NCBI RefSeq assembly: GCF_016820575.1
Contig: NZ_JAEMQH010000002.1
Coordinates: 1,326,933-1,366,932, forward strand
DNA from: Marinobacter sediminum
GTDB lineage: Bacteria > Pseudomonadota > Gammaproteobacteria > Pseudomonadales > Oleiphilaceae
Direction: 5' to 3'
DNA: 40,000 nt
Under the pieces are notes generated by a model. It saw only the letters and a program-made list of their open reading frames with translations. It was not told the origin of the DNA and did not search any database. How positions within the stretch are numbered: position 1 is the stretch's first letter; every line of letters starts with the position of its first letter. A program made the translations under genes and the position numbers. Shown piece by piece: positions 9,314 to 16,375 of this stretch.

Positions 9314-10661
9314 TCAGGGTGAAGAAAAACTCGCTGCCGCCCGTGGCTCTGGAACGGTAACCTATTTGACCACCGTGTAATTCAATGATGCCCTTGCAGA
9401 TGTACAGACCGAGCCCGGAGCCGCCAGAGCGTCGACGGGTGTCGGACGTCTCCTGAGCAAAGCGCTCAAACAGATGGTTGCTGAACTCCTCCGACACGCC
9501 CTCCCCTTCATCCTGTACGGTGCACATAACCCCTTCCTCTGACGGTGCCAGATGGACCACCACCTCACCACCGGCACGAGAGAACTTGATAGCGTTGGAC
9601 AAGAGGTTCTGCACCACCTGCAACAGGCGATCAGGATCGGCCATGACCGACGGCGCGGGCTCAAGCCGGGTGCTCAATGCAATGCCCCGCTCGTCGGCCA
9701 GGTATTGTTGGATTTTCACTGCTTCGTCGATGACGTCCGCCAGATCAATTATTTGCAGGTTCAGCTCGAAGCGGCTTTCGGACAATCGCTCAATGTCCAG
9801 AACATCATTCACCAGACCAATGAGCCGTTCGGTATTGCGGGTCGACATCTTCAGCAATGCTTGCTGTTTTTCCGGCTGCTCGTTCAGATTGCCATTGGCC
9901 AGCAGTTTGAGGCCGCCGTAAAGGGAAGTAAGGGGCGTTCTCAACTCATGGCTAACCATGCTTACCCAGTCACTCCTGGTACGACTCAGGGCGTCTCTTT
10001 CCTTATCGGCCTGGCGCCGGGAATCCTCGTAGGCATAGGCAATGGCCGAGACAAACAGCATGGAACCAAAACCGGCTGCAAGCCGCCCGACCAACGATTC
10101 GTCCGGGTAGCTGGTAGTAATCCACTGCATTTCATGGGCCGCCAACAGCATCAACAACCCAACCAGCACCAGGAAGGTCGTTCGAAGGGCAGTCAGTCTG
10201 GCTGAGGTGAAATTGGCAATCAGCGGCAACGACGGCAGCCAGGTGAGTACCCGGGAATACAGCCCGTTGTCGTTAAAAGCAGTCATGAAAATAGCGGCAA
10301 CAACGCTAAGAATCATCAGATCGCCCGCTGCCCCACTCTTGCCTGTCCGGACGAAAAAAACGAGGCTGGCAACGATGGCAAACACCCCCAAACACGCTAC
10401 CAGGGAGACTGGCCCAATACCTTCGGTCGACAAGCGCACAAATGCCATGGCGGACATTGCCAGAACACCGAAAATCAACAATGCCACCATCACCCGACCA
10501 CGACGTAACTCCTGCTGGGACAAGCGCGACAGGTGGCGCCTGAGAAACAGGTCAAGAAAACGCCTCTGGGCATCAAAATAGGCAACTGCGACACCGCGCT
10601 TATCAGTTTTATTGGGATGCTGTAGATGGTCCAACTCGCCGATGCCTCTTTGACGTTCCAA
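9306..10661 (-). CDS. membrane sensor histidine kinase (no adjacent response regulator)
   Basis: N-terminal hydrophobic helices, then the H-box SHELRTPLTS, an N-box (LLSNAIKFS) and a G-box (GSGLGLYICKGIIELHGG). The start is uncertain (TTG 10661 in the track). Confidence 0.85.
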   Translation of the reverse strand: MERQRGIGELDHLQHPNKTDKRGVAVAYFDAQRRFLDLFLRRHLSRLSQQELRRGRVMVALLIFGVLAMSAMAFVRLSTEGIGPVSLVACLGVFAIVASLVFFVRTGKSGAAGDLMILSVVAAIFMTAFNDNGLYSRVLTWLPSLPLIANFTSARLTALRTTFLVLVGLLMLLAAHEMQWITTSYPDESLVGRLAAGFGSMLFVSAIAYAYEDSRRQADKERDALSRTRSDWVSMVSHELRTPLTSLYGGLKLLANGNLNEQPEKQQALLKMSTRNTERLIGLVNDVLDIERLSESRFELNLQIIDLADVIDEAVKIQQYLADERGIALSTRLEPAPSVMADPDRLLQVVQNLLSNAIKFSRAGGEVVVHLAPSEEGVMCTVQDEGEGVSEEFSNHLFERFAQETSDTRRRSGGSGLGLYICKGIIELHGGQIGYRSRATGGSEFFFTLIR

Positions 10662-10794
10662 GCTCTGTAGTGGAGGTTACCCGAGACTAACTTCCCGTTC
10701 TCATCTATTTAATCACCTGGACACCCCAAGAAGGATGAAATCGCGATGCGGGTCTGAGCAGTAAACATCGCCGTAACTGGCCTGGTTAGGCGCA

Positions 10795-11196
10795 TTACAC
10801 CTGCCCTCTCAGCTTAGCAGCGATGTATGGTGCAAGAACCGTTGCCGCAAGAACAACGGGCCAGATGTTGCCACCCTTGAATGTGTACGCTTCAAGCAAC
10901 TCGGACCACGACTTGCCTTGCCAAAGCCCGAACGAAAACTCAAAAACGAGAGTAAGAACGAGCCAGCCCACCCCGACGACACAGAACCCAACGGGGCGAC
11001 TAATTTGCAGCCAAGGAAGCGAAAAATACGCTACGCCAATGATTGAGGCTGAGAGCAGCAAACCACTTAGCACGAGCGCGACCGGAATTCCGAACTCTGG
11101 CACAAATACCGATTCACGCAACACTCCATTGGCAACAGCTAGGACCAGGATGCCAACCCAGATTGCTAAAGCCTTTAAAGCGACTACCGTCAGCAT
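10795..11196 (-). CDS. small integral membrane protein, possibly the terminal integron cassette
   Basis: 133 aa with four hydrophobic segments. The ATG at 11196 is preceded by GGAGG and begins 17 nt after the attC at 11213..11284. Confidence 0.5.
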   Translation of the reverse strand: MLTVVALKALAIWVGILVLAVANGVLRESVFVPEFGIPVALVLSGLLLSASIIGVAYFSLPWLQISRPVGFCVVGVGWLVLTLVFEFSFGLWQGKSWSELLEAYTFKGGNIWPVVLAATVLAPYIAAKLRGQV

Positions 11197-11212
11197 TGAC
11201 TGCCTCCATAGC

Positions 11213-11284
11213 GCCTAATGCCGTGGGTAAGCCGCCGGGCCAAGGCGCAGCTTAGCACCGGTCGGCTGGACCCACTTGTTAAGT
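11213..11284 (-). repeat. attC site 0 (core mutated: ATTAGGC instead of GTTAGGC)
   Basis: Minus-strand reading: CTTAACAAGTGGGTCCAGCCGACCGG...CCGGCGGCTTACCCACGGCATTAGGC. The arms GTGGGT.AGCCG.CGG and CCGG.CGGCT..ACCCAC are complementary. The R' GTT is replaced by ATT. Confidence 0.6.
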
Positions 11285-11406
11285 TCAATCAGTAAAGAAT
11301 TCGCCACCAGAATCTCCCAAACCAACCCGACTATCGGCACCGCCACTCATACCACTGATCAAACTGTTTAGGTGCCTGGCAAATCGATCTTTGGCCGCCA
11401 GCTCTC

Positions 11407-12147
11407 CTACTTGTCCGGCTGAATCGAGATGTGCCGGTCCGGCGGCGGCAATTCGGATAGCATGGCCTCCACGTCAACCTTGTGGGTAGCGAAAAAAGCT
11501 TCCGCAGCCTCAATCAGAACCGATTCGGTTTTGAGGATACCAAGATAGACCGGCCATTCGGCATCGATCAGCGGCGTGCTGTAACGGTCCGAATCGACTT
11601 CCGCCAACAATGCAAAAAATTGGAACTCCATTTCGTTCATGACAATGTAATCGCACCGTTTGCGCAGAAACATGCCCAGCATCTGTTGGGCATTGTACGC
11701 GTCATGGCGGACCAGATCCGTGCCGATCCGCCGCTCGAGTCGATCACTGTAGACAAACCATCGGCGCAGACAGATGCTGCCCTTTAGGCCATCGAAGGAG
11801 TCCGGTTGACGTTCAGGTTGCGCGAACACGCGGTCACGCCAGGTTAATACCGGTCCGACGGCGTGCATCCGATCCGGCAGCGGCATCCACCGCGGGTTGG
11901 CGAAAACCGCGTTAGCTAGTCCTTGTTCCAAGGCCCAGGCATGGCGTTTGCGCGCCATTGGGCGGAAATCGGCTTCGATATCGGTCTTGATGGTGAACTC
12001 ATTGATCACCTCGACCAGAATGCCCTTATTAAGGTTGTTACCGTAATAAAACGGCACAAAGCCCTGGTCCGACCCCATAATCTGAAGCGTTTGGGACGAG
12101 ACTGGAAGGACCCAGAATGCTGCGATGATCAGCAGGCCTATTCTCAT
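11407..12147 (-). CDS. periplasmic solute-binding protein family 3-like protein (orphan), inside a composite cassette
   Basis: 246 aa with a signal peptide (MRIGLLIIAAFWVLPVSS) and an SBP-like body. It is a distant analogue of the 4843..5616 product and has no transporter partners. Confidence 0.5.
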   Translation of the reverse strand: MRIGLLIIAAFWVLPVSSQTLQIMGSDQGFVPFYYGNNLNKGILVEVINEFTIKTDIEADFRPMARKRHAWALEQGLANAVFANPRWMPLPDRMHAVGPVLTWRDRVFAQPERQPDSFDGLKGSICLRRWFVYSDRLERRIGTDLVRHDAYNAQQMLGMFLRKRCDYIVMNEMEFQFFALLAEVDSDRYSTPLIDAEWPVYLGILKTESVLIEAAEAFFATHKVDVEAMLSELPPPDRHISIQPDK

Positions 12148-12357
12148 TGGATCATCCCCCCAGTGATCGATCGGGATAGGTCGTCGCTTGTTCGAGGTTG
12201 CCTCGGCCAGCTAAAGACAACCTGCACACGACTTTGTGCAAACCGTTTAAGGAATAGTTCCGTTGTGCCATATCACTCTGCAGTCCAATGCCTGCTGTAG
12301 TGCGTCGCAGCACATCCCCCAATAATCACAAAGTTGCATGCGTAAATTGCGGAGATG

Positions 12358-12507
12358 TAGCTTGCACCCAGCCTAGCCTATGGCGAAAGAAACCAGAAAA
12401 CAAAACTAAAAGATTTTGCAGTGTCTTGCGGGGAGAAACGTTGAACTGACGCGATCAATTGAGAGCAACTCCCTGCTCTAATGCCTGAATTCTTCCGAGG
12501 CCTTGGC
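12358..12507 (-). repeat. ORF-less cassette family, copy 1 (distal ~55 nt and its own attC missing)
   Basis: By hand alignment it matches 16226..16375 and 20104..20253 at about 84% identity. The homology stops abruptly at 12358. Confidence 0.8.
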
Positions 12508-12579
12508 CATTAACGCCTTGGCTTTGCGGCGTGACGGAGCGCCAGCGTAAGCACGCCCGACAACAGCCATAGGTTAAAT
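12508..12579 (-). repeat. attC site 1 (family D; belongs to the ccdAB cassette)
   Basis: CATTAACGCCTTGGCTTTGCGGCGTGACGGAGCGCCAGCGTAAGCACGCCCGACAACAGCCATAGGTTAAAT. It is about 85% identical to the attC at 15393..15464. Confidence 0.85.
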
Positions 12580-12581
12580 GC

Positions 12582-12610
12582 TTGCATGCGCATGGCTATG
12601 CGCATAAGAT
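12582..12610 (+). promoter_or_regulatory. putative ccdAB promoter with tandem ATGCGCAT palindromes (operator candidate)
   Basis: -35 TTGCAT (12582..12587), a 17 nt spacer, and -10 TAAGAT (12605..12610). Two copies of the self-complementary octamer ATGCGCAT sit at 12586..12593 and 12598..12605. Confidence 0.5.
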
Positions 12611-12645
12611 CAAACTTTGTATTCGATATCTTCTGGGAGGCCCTC

Positions 12646-12891
12646 ATGGCCGAACTCTATAACTCAGCCGCCCCCAAAAAAGCAGCGAATCTCTCAATCA
12701 ATAGCGATCTTCTGCGTAAAACTCGGGAACTGAACATTAACTTGTCTGCCACCCTGGAACGAGCCCTGAAAGAAGAGCTTTCGAAACGCGAAGCCGCACA
12801 ATGGGTTGAAGATAATCGCGCTGCGATAAAAAGCTACAACGATTTCGTCGAACAACATGGATGCTTCGGCGACGAATTCCGGGAGTTCTGA
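12646..12891 (+). CDS. ccdA: type II antitoxin CcdA
   Basis: MAELYNSAAPKKAANLSINSDLLRKTRELNINLSATLERALKEELSKREAAQWVEDNRAAIKSYNDFVEQHGCFGDEFREF is the CcdA family pattern. GGGAGG SD. The TGA overlaps the ccdB ATG by 1 nt. Confidence 0.85.
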   Translation: MAELYNSAAPKKAANLSINSDLLRKTRELNINLSATLERALKEELSKREAAQWVEDNRAAIKSYNDFVEQHGCFGDEFREF

Positions 12892-13208
12892 TGGCACAGT
12901 TCGATGTGTACCCCAACCCGAGCAAAATCAGCAAGGCTCACTATCCTTACCTTGTGGATATTCAAAGCAGCCTTCTGAGCGATTTGGCAACTCGCATTGT
13001 TATCCCTTTGGGCAAACGTTCTGCCTTCGGTGGCGAAGCCATGCAAGGCCTCACTCCCGAAATCAGTTTTGCCGATCAAGAGCTGTTGCTGTTAACTCCG
13101 CAAATTTCCTCCGTGCCTGAAAAACATCTCAAGAGCCCTATTGGCTCTCTCTCACATTTCAGAGACCAGATTGTTGGAGCTCTGGACCTCGCTATCACCG
13201 GCATTTAA
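12891..13208 (+). CDS. ccdB: type II toxin CcdB (gyrase poison family)
   Basis: MAQFDVYPNPSKISKAHYPYLVDIQSSLLSDLATRIVIPL... is the CcdB family pattern. The stop codon TAA lies inside the attC core at 13206..13208. The cassette is inverted relative to the array. Confidence 0.85.
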   Translation: MAQFDVYPNPSKISKAHYPYLVDIQSSLLSDLATRIVIPLGKRSAFGGEAMQGLTPEISFADQELLLLTPQISSVPEKHLKSPIGSLSHFRDQIVGALDLAITGI

Positions 13209-13280
13209 CGCCCGGCGCACGCGCCGGTTTGGAGCCGCGAAGCGGCGGAAAATCGGTCGCTGTGCAGCCGATTGTTATGC
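13203..13280 (-). repeat. attC site 2 (family B; belongs to the higBA-1 cassette)
   Basis: TTAACGCCCGGCGCACGCGCCGGTTTGGAGCCGCGAAGCGGCGGAAAATCGGTCGCTGTGCAGCCGATTGTTAT has complementary arms with bulged bases. It is near-identical to 19286..19363. Confidence 0.85.
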
Positions 13281-13589
13281 CCTGTGCCCGATTTCGGATA
13301 CAGCATTCCACGGACGAATATTCTTCAGCTGATCCTCTAGCGCATCTTCCGCAATCTCAGTGTCGTAGGCTGCCTGAGCTCGCAACCAGTAGCCATTGGA
13401 CAAACCAAAGAAACGACAGAGTCGCAGGTCCGTGTCTGCGGTTATCGAACGCTTTCCCGCAATAATCTGGCCGATCCTCTGAGCAGGCACCCCAATCTCT
13501 TTAGCCAAGCGGTATTGAGAAATACCCATCGGCTCGAGGAACTCTTCCTTCAGTAACTCGCCTGGCGTTACGGCTTCAATGTTGCGCAT
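13275..13589 (-). CDS. higA: HigA-family antitoxin (XRE HTH)
   Basis: TPGELLKEEFLEPMGISQYRLAKEIGVPAQRIGQIIAGKRSITADTDLRLCRFFGLSNGYWLRAQAAYD is the typical HigA/VapI HTH. The stop lies in the attC core. Confidence 0.85.
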   Translation of the reverse strand: MRNIEAVTPGELLKEEFLEPMGISQYRLAKEIGVPAQRIGQIIAGKRSITADTDLRLCRFFGLSNGYWLRAQAAYDTEIAEDALEDQLKNIRPWNAVSEIGHRA

Positions 13590-13599
13590 GAGTTACCTC

Positions 13600-13878
13600 C
13601 TACTGGTAATCAACAATTTCGACATCTTCCGCACCAGCTTTGGTCCAACGGAAGCAAACCCGGAACTGCCTGTTGATTCGAATGCTGTGCTGACCTTGGC
13701 GGTTACCATGCAATGGCTCCAACATATTCCCGGGCGGTACTTTAAGATCATCCAACTGACTTGCAGCTTGGAGTTGCCGAATTTTCCTCAAGGCAACTCG
13801 CTCAAAATTGACGAAGCGTCTGACGCGGCGTCCACTTGCCAGCTTCTCGGTATCCCTACACTTGAACGATATGATCAT
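13600..13878 (-). CDS. higB: HigB-family toxin (RelE/ParE superfamily)
   Basis: MIISFKCRDTEKLASGRRVRRF...LEPLHGNRQGQHSIRINRQFRVCFRWTKAGAEDVEIVDY is the plasmid-maintenance killer HigB pattern. It lies upstream of higA, the reverse order typical of higBA. Confidence 0.85.
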   Translation of the reverse strand: MIISFKCRDTEKLASGRRVRRFVNFERVALRKIRQLQAASQLDDLKVPPGNMLEPLHGNRQGQHSIRINRQFRVCFRWTKAGAEDVEIVDYQ

Positions 13879-13884
13879 AGGGAA

Positions 13885-13913
13885 ATGATGACGCAGTGCG
13901 TTATTAACGTCAA
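13885..13913 (-). promoter_or_regulatory. putative higBA-1 promoter, predicted leaderless transcript
   Basis: Minus strand: -35 TTGACG (13913..13908), a 17 nt spacer, -10 CATCAT (13890..13885), then only TTCCCT before the ATG at 13878. There is no SD. Confidence 0.4.
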
Positions 13914-13959
13914 GCGTTAGTATGCGGAAAAGCGGTCGCTGTGCAGCCGATTGTTAAAT
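13902..13959 (-). repeat. attC site 3, degenerate half-site (family B arm only; yefM-yoeB cassette)
   Basis: The TTAAC and GTTAA cores are present. Only the arm GCGGAAAAGCGGTCGCTGTGCAGCCGATTGTTAA matches family B. The other arm (GTCAAGCGTTAGTAT) is not complementary to it. Confidence 0.5.
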
Positions 13960-14013
13960 CCTTACATGTACGCTATTCTGCACACGAACAATATCCTGTA
14001 CAGGAGCAGCATT

Positions 14014-14265
14014 ATGGATGCAATTAGCTACACAGCCGCTAGAACCAATCTAGCAAAAACCATGGAGCAGGTCTGTGAAGACCATTCTCCTGTGATCATC
14101 ACCCGGAGCAAGTCGCAATCCGTGGTAATGATCTCTCTTGAGGACTACGAGGCATTGCAAGAGACCGCATACCTTCTGCGCGCACCCAAAAACGCCCGTC
14201 GTTTGCTGGAATCTGTTGCCGAGCTTGAGCAAGGCGGTGGTCAGGAAAAGGAACTTCTTGAATGA
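14014..14265 (+). CDS. yefM: YefM/Phd-family antitoxin
   Basis: MDAISYTAARTNLAKTMEQVCEDHSPVIITRSKSQSVVMISLEDYEALQETAYLLRAPKNARRLLESV is the canonical YefM pattern. AGGAG SD lies 7 nt upstream of the ATG at 14014. Confidence 0.9.
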   Translation: MDAISYTAARTNLAKTMEQVCEDHSPVIITRSKSQSVVMISLEDYEALQETAYLLRAPKNARRLLESVAELEQGGGQEKELLE

Positions 14266-14516
14266 AACTCATCTTCTCCGAGAACGCCTGGGAAGACTAT
14301 CTGTACTGGCAGAAAACCGACAAAAAAATTCTGAACCGAATCAACAAGCTCATCAAGGAGACCGAACGAGAACCATTCGATGGAGTGGGCAAACCGGAAC
14401 CCCTCAAACACAGCCTCGCTGGTTACTGGTCCCGCCGAATTAACGAAGAACACCGCATCGTTTACAAGGTCACGGATGACGCTTTGCTCATTGCTCAGCT
14501 TCGGTACCACTACTGA
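14262..14516 (+). CDS. yoeB: YoeB/Txe-family toxin
   Basis: MKLIFSENAWEDYLYWQKTDKKILNRINKLIKETEREPFDGVGKPEPLKHSLAGYWSRRINEEHRIVYKVTDDALLIAQLRYHY is the canonical YoeB pattern. It overlaps yefM by 4 nt, and the cassette is inverted. Confidence 0.9.
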   Translation: MKLIFSENAWEDYLYWQKTDKKILNRINKLIKETEREPFDGVGKPEPLKHSLAGYWSRRINEEHRIVYKVTDDALLIAQLRYHY

Positions 14517-14599
14517 TTTAACGCTTGCAGCATGCGCGCCCACGGAATGGAGCCGAAGGCGCAATGTAGTGGGCGTCGCCGTGCCTGCACTGGTTAGGC
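14516..14599 (-). repeat. attC site 4
   Basis: TTAACGCTTGCAGCATGCGCGCCCAC...GTGGGCGTCGCCGTGCCTGCACTGGTTAGGC has complementary arms and AAC/GTT cores. Confidence 0.8.
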
Positions 14600-14600
14600 A

Positions 14601-15380
14601 TCAGACTACCCCTTGTTCGATAGCCCACATCCACGCTTGAGACAAGATCCCTGCTATACCCACAAAGACGATTGCCCAAGTTAATCGATTACCTACCTTG
14701 GCCGTTTTGATCTGATCTTGGTGGCGCTGAACGTTCAGCTCGAATTCCGAGAGGGTAACCAGAGCTTTACCGGTCACGACATAGTTCGTACCTTTCTTAG
14801 TCAGCTCTCCGGAATCCACAAATGATTCAAGTACAAGTTCAAGGTGGGCTTTGTGCTTATCTTTATCTGGATGATAGAGCCACTTACGCGAATATTTCTG
14901 CACTGCCAGCATAAGCGGATATATCTCATCTCGTGGGTTATCGATTTTACGTTCTACGAGATGACGAAGAAGTTCCATTCTCTCTTCACGAACCAGGCGC
15001 TTTTTGTTGTATAAGGATTGGCTTACCCGGTCTCGGTACTTAACAATTTTGTGCCAACAGGCAAGATCCATCAGCAGAAATTTACCGGGGTCGGTATAGT
15101 CGAACTGGTACCCTTGGTAATAGTGCTCTATTCTCAGATCAAATTTTGCTGGGTCAATATCCTCTTCTGAAAGGGTTTTCTCCTTCCCGGACTCCTCACC
15201 TTTCCAAACCAACGCCTCGTACCCGGCCTTTTTACGTTTCCGGATCAATATGCGTGTGTTTGACTCAGTATCTTCCAGTTTGACTGAGTAGAAGTCGTTA
15301 TCCATTGCCCCTGGCGAGCTAAGCGTAATACGCTCAGGGGCCGGCTTCTCCAATGCCTTGTTCAGAGCACGAAAGAACAA
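14601..15380 (-). CDS. hypothetical cassette protein with a C-terminal transmembrane helix
   Basis: TTG at 15380 lies 6 nt after AAGGAG, which directly abuts the attC core. An alternative ATG is at 15305. The K/E-rich soluble body ends in LTWAIVFVGIAGILSQAWMWAI. I recognise no family. The track's N-terminal extension runs through the attC. Confidence 0.55.
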   Translation of the reverse strand: MFFRALNKALEKPAPERITLSSPGAMDNDFYSVKLEDTESNTRILIRKRKKAGYEALVWKGEESGKEKTLSEEDIDPAKFDLRIEHYYQGYQFDYTDPGKFLLMDLACWHKIVKYRDRVSQSLYNKKRLVREERMELLRHLVERKIDNPRDEIYPLMLAVQKYSRKWLYHPDKDKHKAHLELVLESFVDSGELTKKGTNYVVTGKALVTLSEFELNVQRHQDQIKTAKVGNRLTWAIVFVGIAGILSQAWMWAIEQGVV

Positions 15381-15392
15381 CTCACTCTCCTT

Positions 15393-15464
15393 GCCTAACG
15401 CCCTGGCTTTGCGGCGTGCCGGAGCGCCAGCGCAGGCGCGTCCGACAACAGCCACTGGTTAAGC
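15393..15464 (-). repeat. attC site 5 (family D; higBA-2 cassette)
   Basis: CTAACGCCCTGGCTTTGCGGCGTGCCGGAGCGCCAGCGCAGGCGCGTCCGACAACAGCCACTGGTTAAGC. Confidence 0.85.
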
Positions 15465-15752
15465 TGCTTCGAAGTCCAGGCGATGAATACCATCCAGATT
15501 GACTGTGCCGCGAGCCACCCATAGGTCATACATATCTTGCATCGCCAACCAGCTCTCAGGAGTACGCCCGAGAACCTTGGACAGCCGCAAAGACATTTCA
15601 GGGCTAATGCCACTATCCCCTTTGAGCAGCCGAGACAAAGTAGAAGGTGAAACGCCCAGACTGGAAGCAAGCTGACGAGAGCTGATACCAAAAGGCTCCA
15701 GGTACACCTCGCGAATGAATTCACCAGGATGCGGCGGATTATGCATAGTCAT
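15459..15752 (-). CDS. higA: HigA-family antitoxin (XRE HTH)
   Basis: [70 protein letters not shown]. The stop lies in the attC core. Confidence 0.9.
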   Translation of the reverse strand: MTMHNPPHPGEFIREVYLEPFGISSRQLASSLGVSPSTLSRLLKGDSGISPEMSLRLSKVLGRTPESWLAMQDMYDLWVARGTVNLDGIHRLDFEAA

Positions 15753-16030
15753 TAGTGATAATCCTCATAATCAAGAATGTAGGCGTTGCCGTCCTGGAAT
15801 TCGAACGTCATGCGCCAATTTCCGTTAACCCTAATCGACCACCGGCCTTTGTCTTTGCCCTTCAGTGGATGAAGCCGAAAACCAGGGATATCCATGTCTT
15901 CCACTGAAGTCGCCGTATCCAGAGCAGCCAGCTGCATGCGCAGCTTCTTGGCGTGATCTGGCTGTATGCCGGACGTGCTGCCAGTCGAGTAGAACCGTTT
16001 CAGTCCTTTGTGACGGAATGATTTAATCAT
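15752..16030 (-). CDS. higB: HigB-family toxin (RelE/ParE superfamily)
   Basis: [40 protein letters not shown]...[40 protein letters not shown] is the canonical HigB pattern. Confidence 0.9.
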   Translation of the reverse strand: MIKSFRHKGLKRFYSTGSTSGIQPDHAKKLRMQLAALDTATSVEDMDIPGFRLHPLKGKDKGRWSIRVNGNWRMTFEFQDGNAYILDYEDYH

Positions 16031-16036
16031 GAGGGA

Positions 16037-16065
16037 ATGCTAGCATGTTGCGCACCACGCAACAA
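16037..16065 (-). promoter_or_regulatory. putative higBA-2 promoter/operator, predicted leaderless transcript
   Basis: Minus strand: -35 TTGTTG (16065..16060), a 17 nt spacer containing the inverted repeat GTTGCG-N5-CGCAAC, -10 TAGCAT (16042..16037), then TCCCTC and the ATG at 16030. There is no SD. Confidence 0.45.
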
Positions 16066-16069
16066 TAGA

Positions 16070-16170
16070 GCTTAACGCTGAGCTTAGCGGCGGCCTTGTA
16101 ATGGAGGCGAAGCCGCAATGAAAAGGCCGTCCGGCGGCCATCGGCCGCGTACTACAGCGGCTTGTTAATG
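16070..16170 (-). repeat. attC site 6 (family A, 101 bp; belongs to ORF-less cassette copy 2)
   Basis: TTAACGCTGAGCTTAGCGGCGGCCTTGTAATGGAGGCGAAGCCGCAATGAAAAGGCCGTCCGGCGGCCATCGGCCGCGTACTACAGCGGCTTGTTAATG is near-identical to 19948..20048. Confidence 0.85.
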
Positions 16171-16375
16171 GCCGGTTACCCGGCAGTTTCTCCCTGGCAC
16201 CCAAACCCGAATGCCCTTTACCAAATAGCTTGCACTGACCCTAGCCCATGGCGCGAGGAACCAGAACACGAAACTCGCAGATTTTGCAGTGTTTTGCGGG
16301 GAGAAGAGTTGAACGGACGTGAACATTTGAAAGCAACTCCCTGCTCTACTGCCTGAATCCTTCAGTGGCCTTGGC
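16171..16375 (-). repeat. ORF-less cassette family, copy 2 (complete)
   Basis: The whole interval between two attC sites. It is about 92% identical to 20049..20253 by hand alignment (about 16 substitutions, no indels). No reading frame is conserved between the copies. Confidence 0.85.

Noticed and set aside
10686-10793. A candidate terminal attC (minus-strand CCTAACCAGG ... AAGTTAGTC) after the 10795..11196 ORF.
   Set aside because: Core-like strings are present, but the sequences adjacent to them are not complementary, so no attC-type hairpin can form. It is kept only as a note on the uncertain array boundary.
13579-13920. A 113 aa + strand ORF antisense to higB-1, together with 628..1017, 3389..3592, 4422..4779 and similar intergenic or antisense ORFs.
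   Set aside because: They overlap confidently assigned genes on the opposite strand, or have no start signals and no recognisable motifs.
16193-16235. TGGCAC in the ORF-less cassette as a possible sigma-54 -24 element, and several TTGxxx hexamers as sigma-70 -35 boxes.
   Set aside because: No TTGC lies at the required 4-5 nt spacing after TGGCAC. No TAnnnT -10 lies 16-18 nt from any of the -35-like hexamers on either strand.
16162-16356. A 64 aa + strand ORF inside ORF-less cassette copy 2, together with the 87 aa minus-strand ORF 20096..20359 in copy 3 and a 24-codon + strand frame (MARGTRTRNS...).
   Set aside because: The frames are not conserved between copies. Copy 2 has a stop where copy 3 reads through from the attC, and copy 1 has a stop at codon 10 of the 24-codon frame. 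No SD is present. Substitutions between copies show no codon-position bias that I could see.
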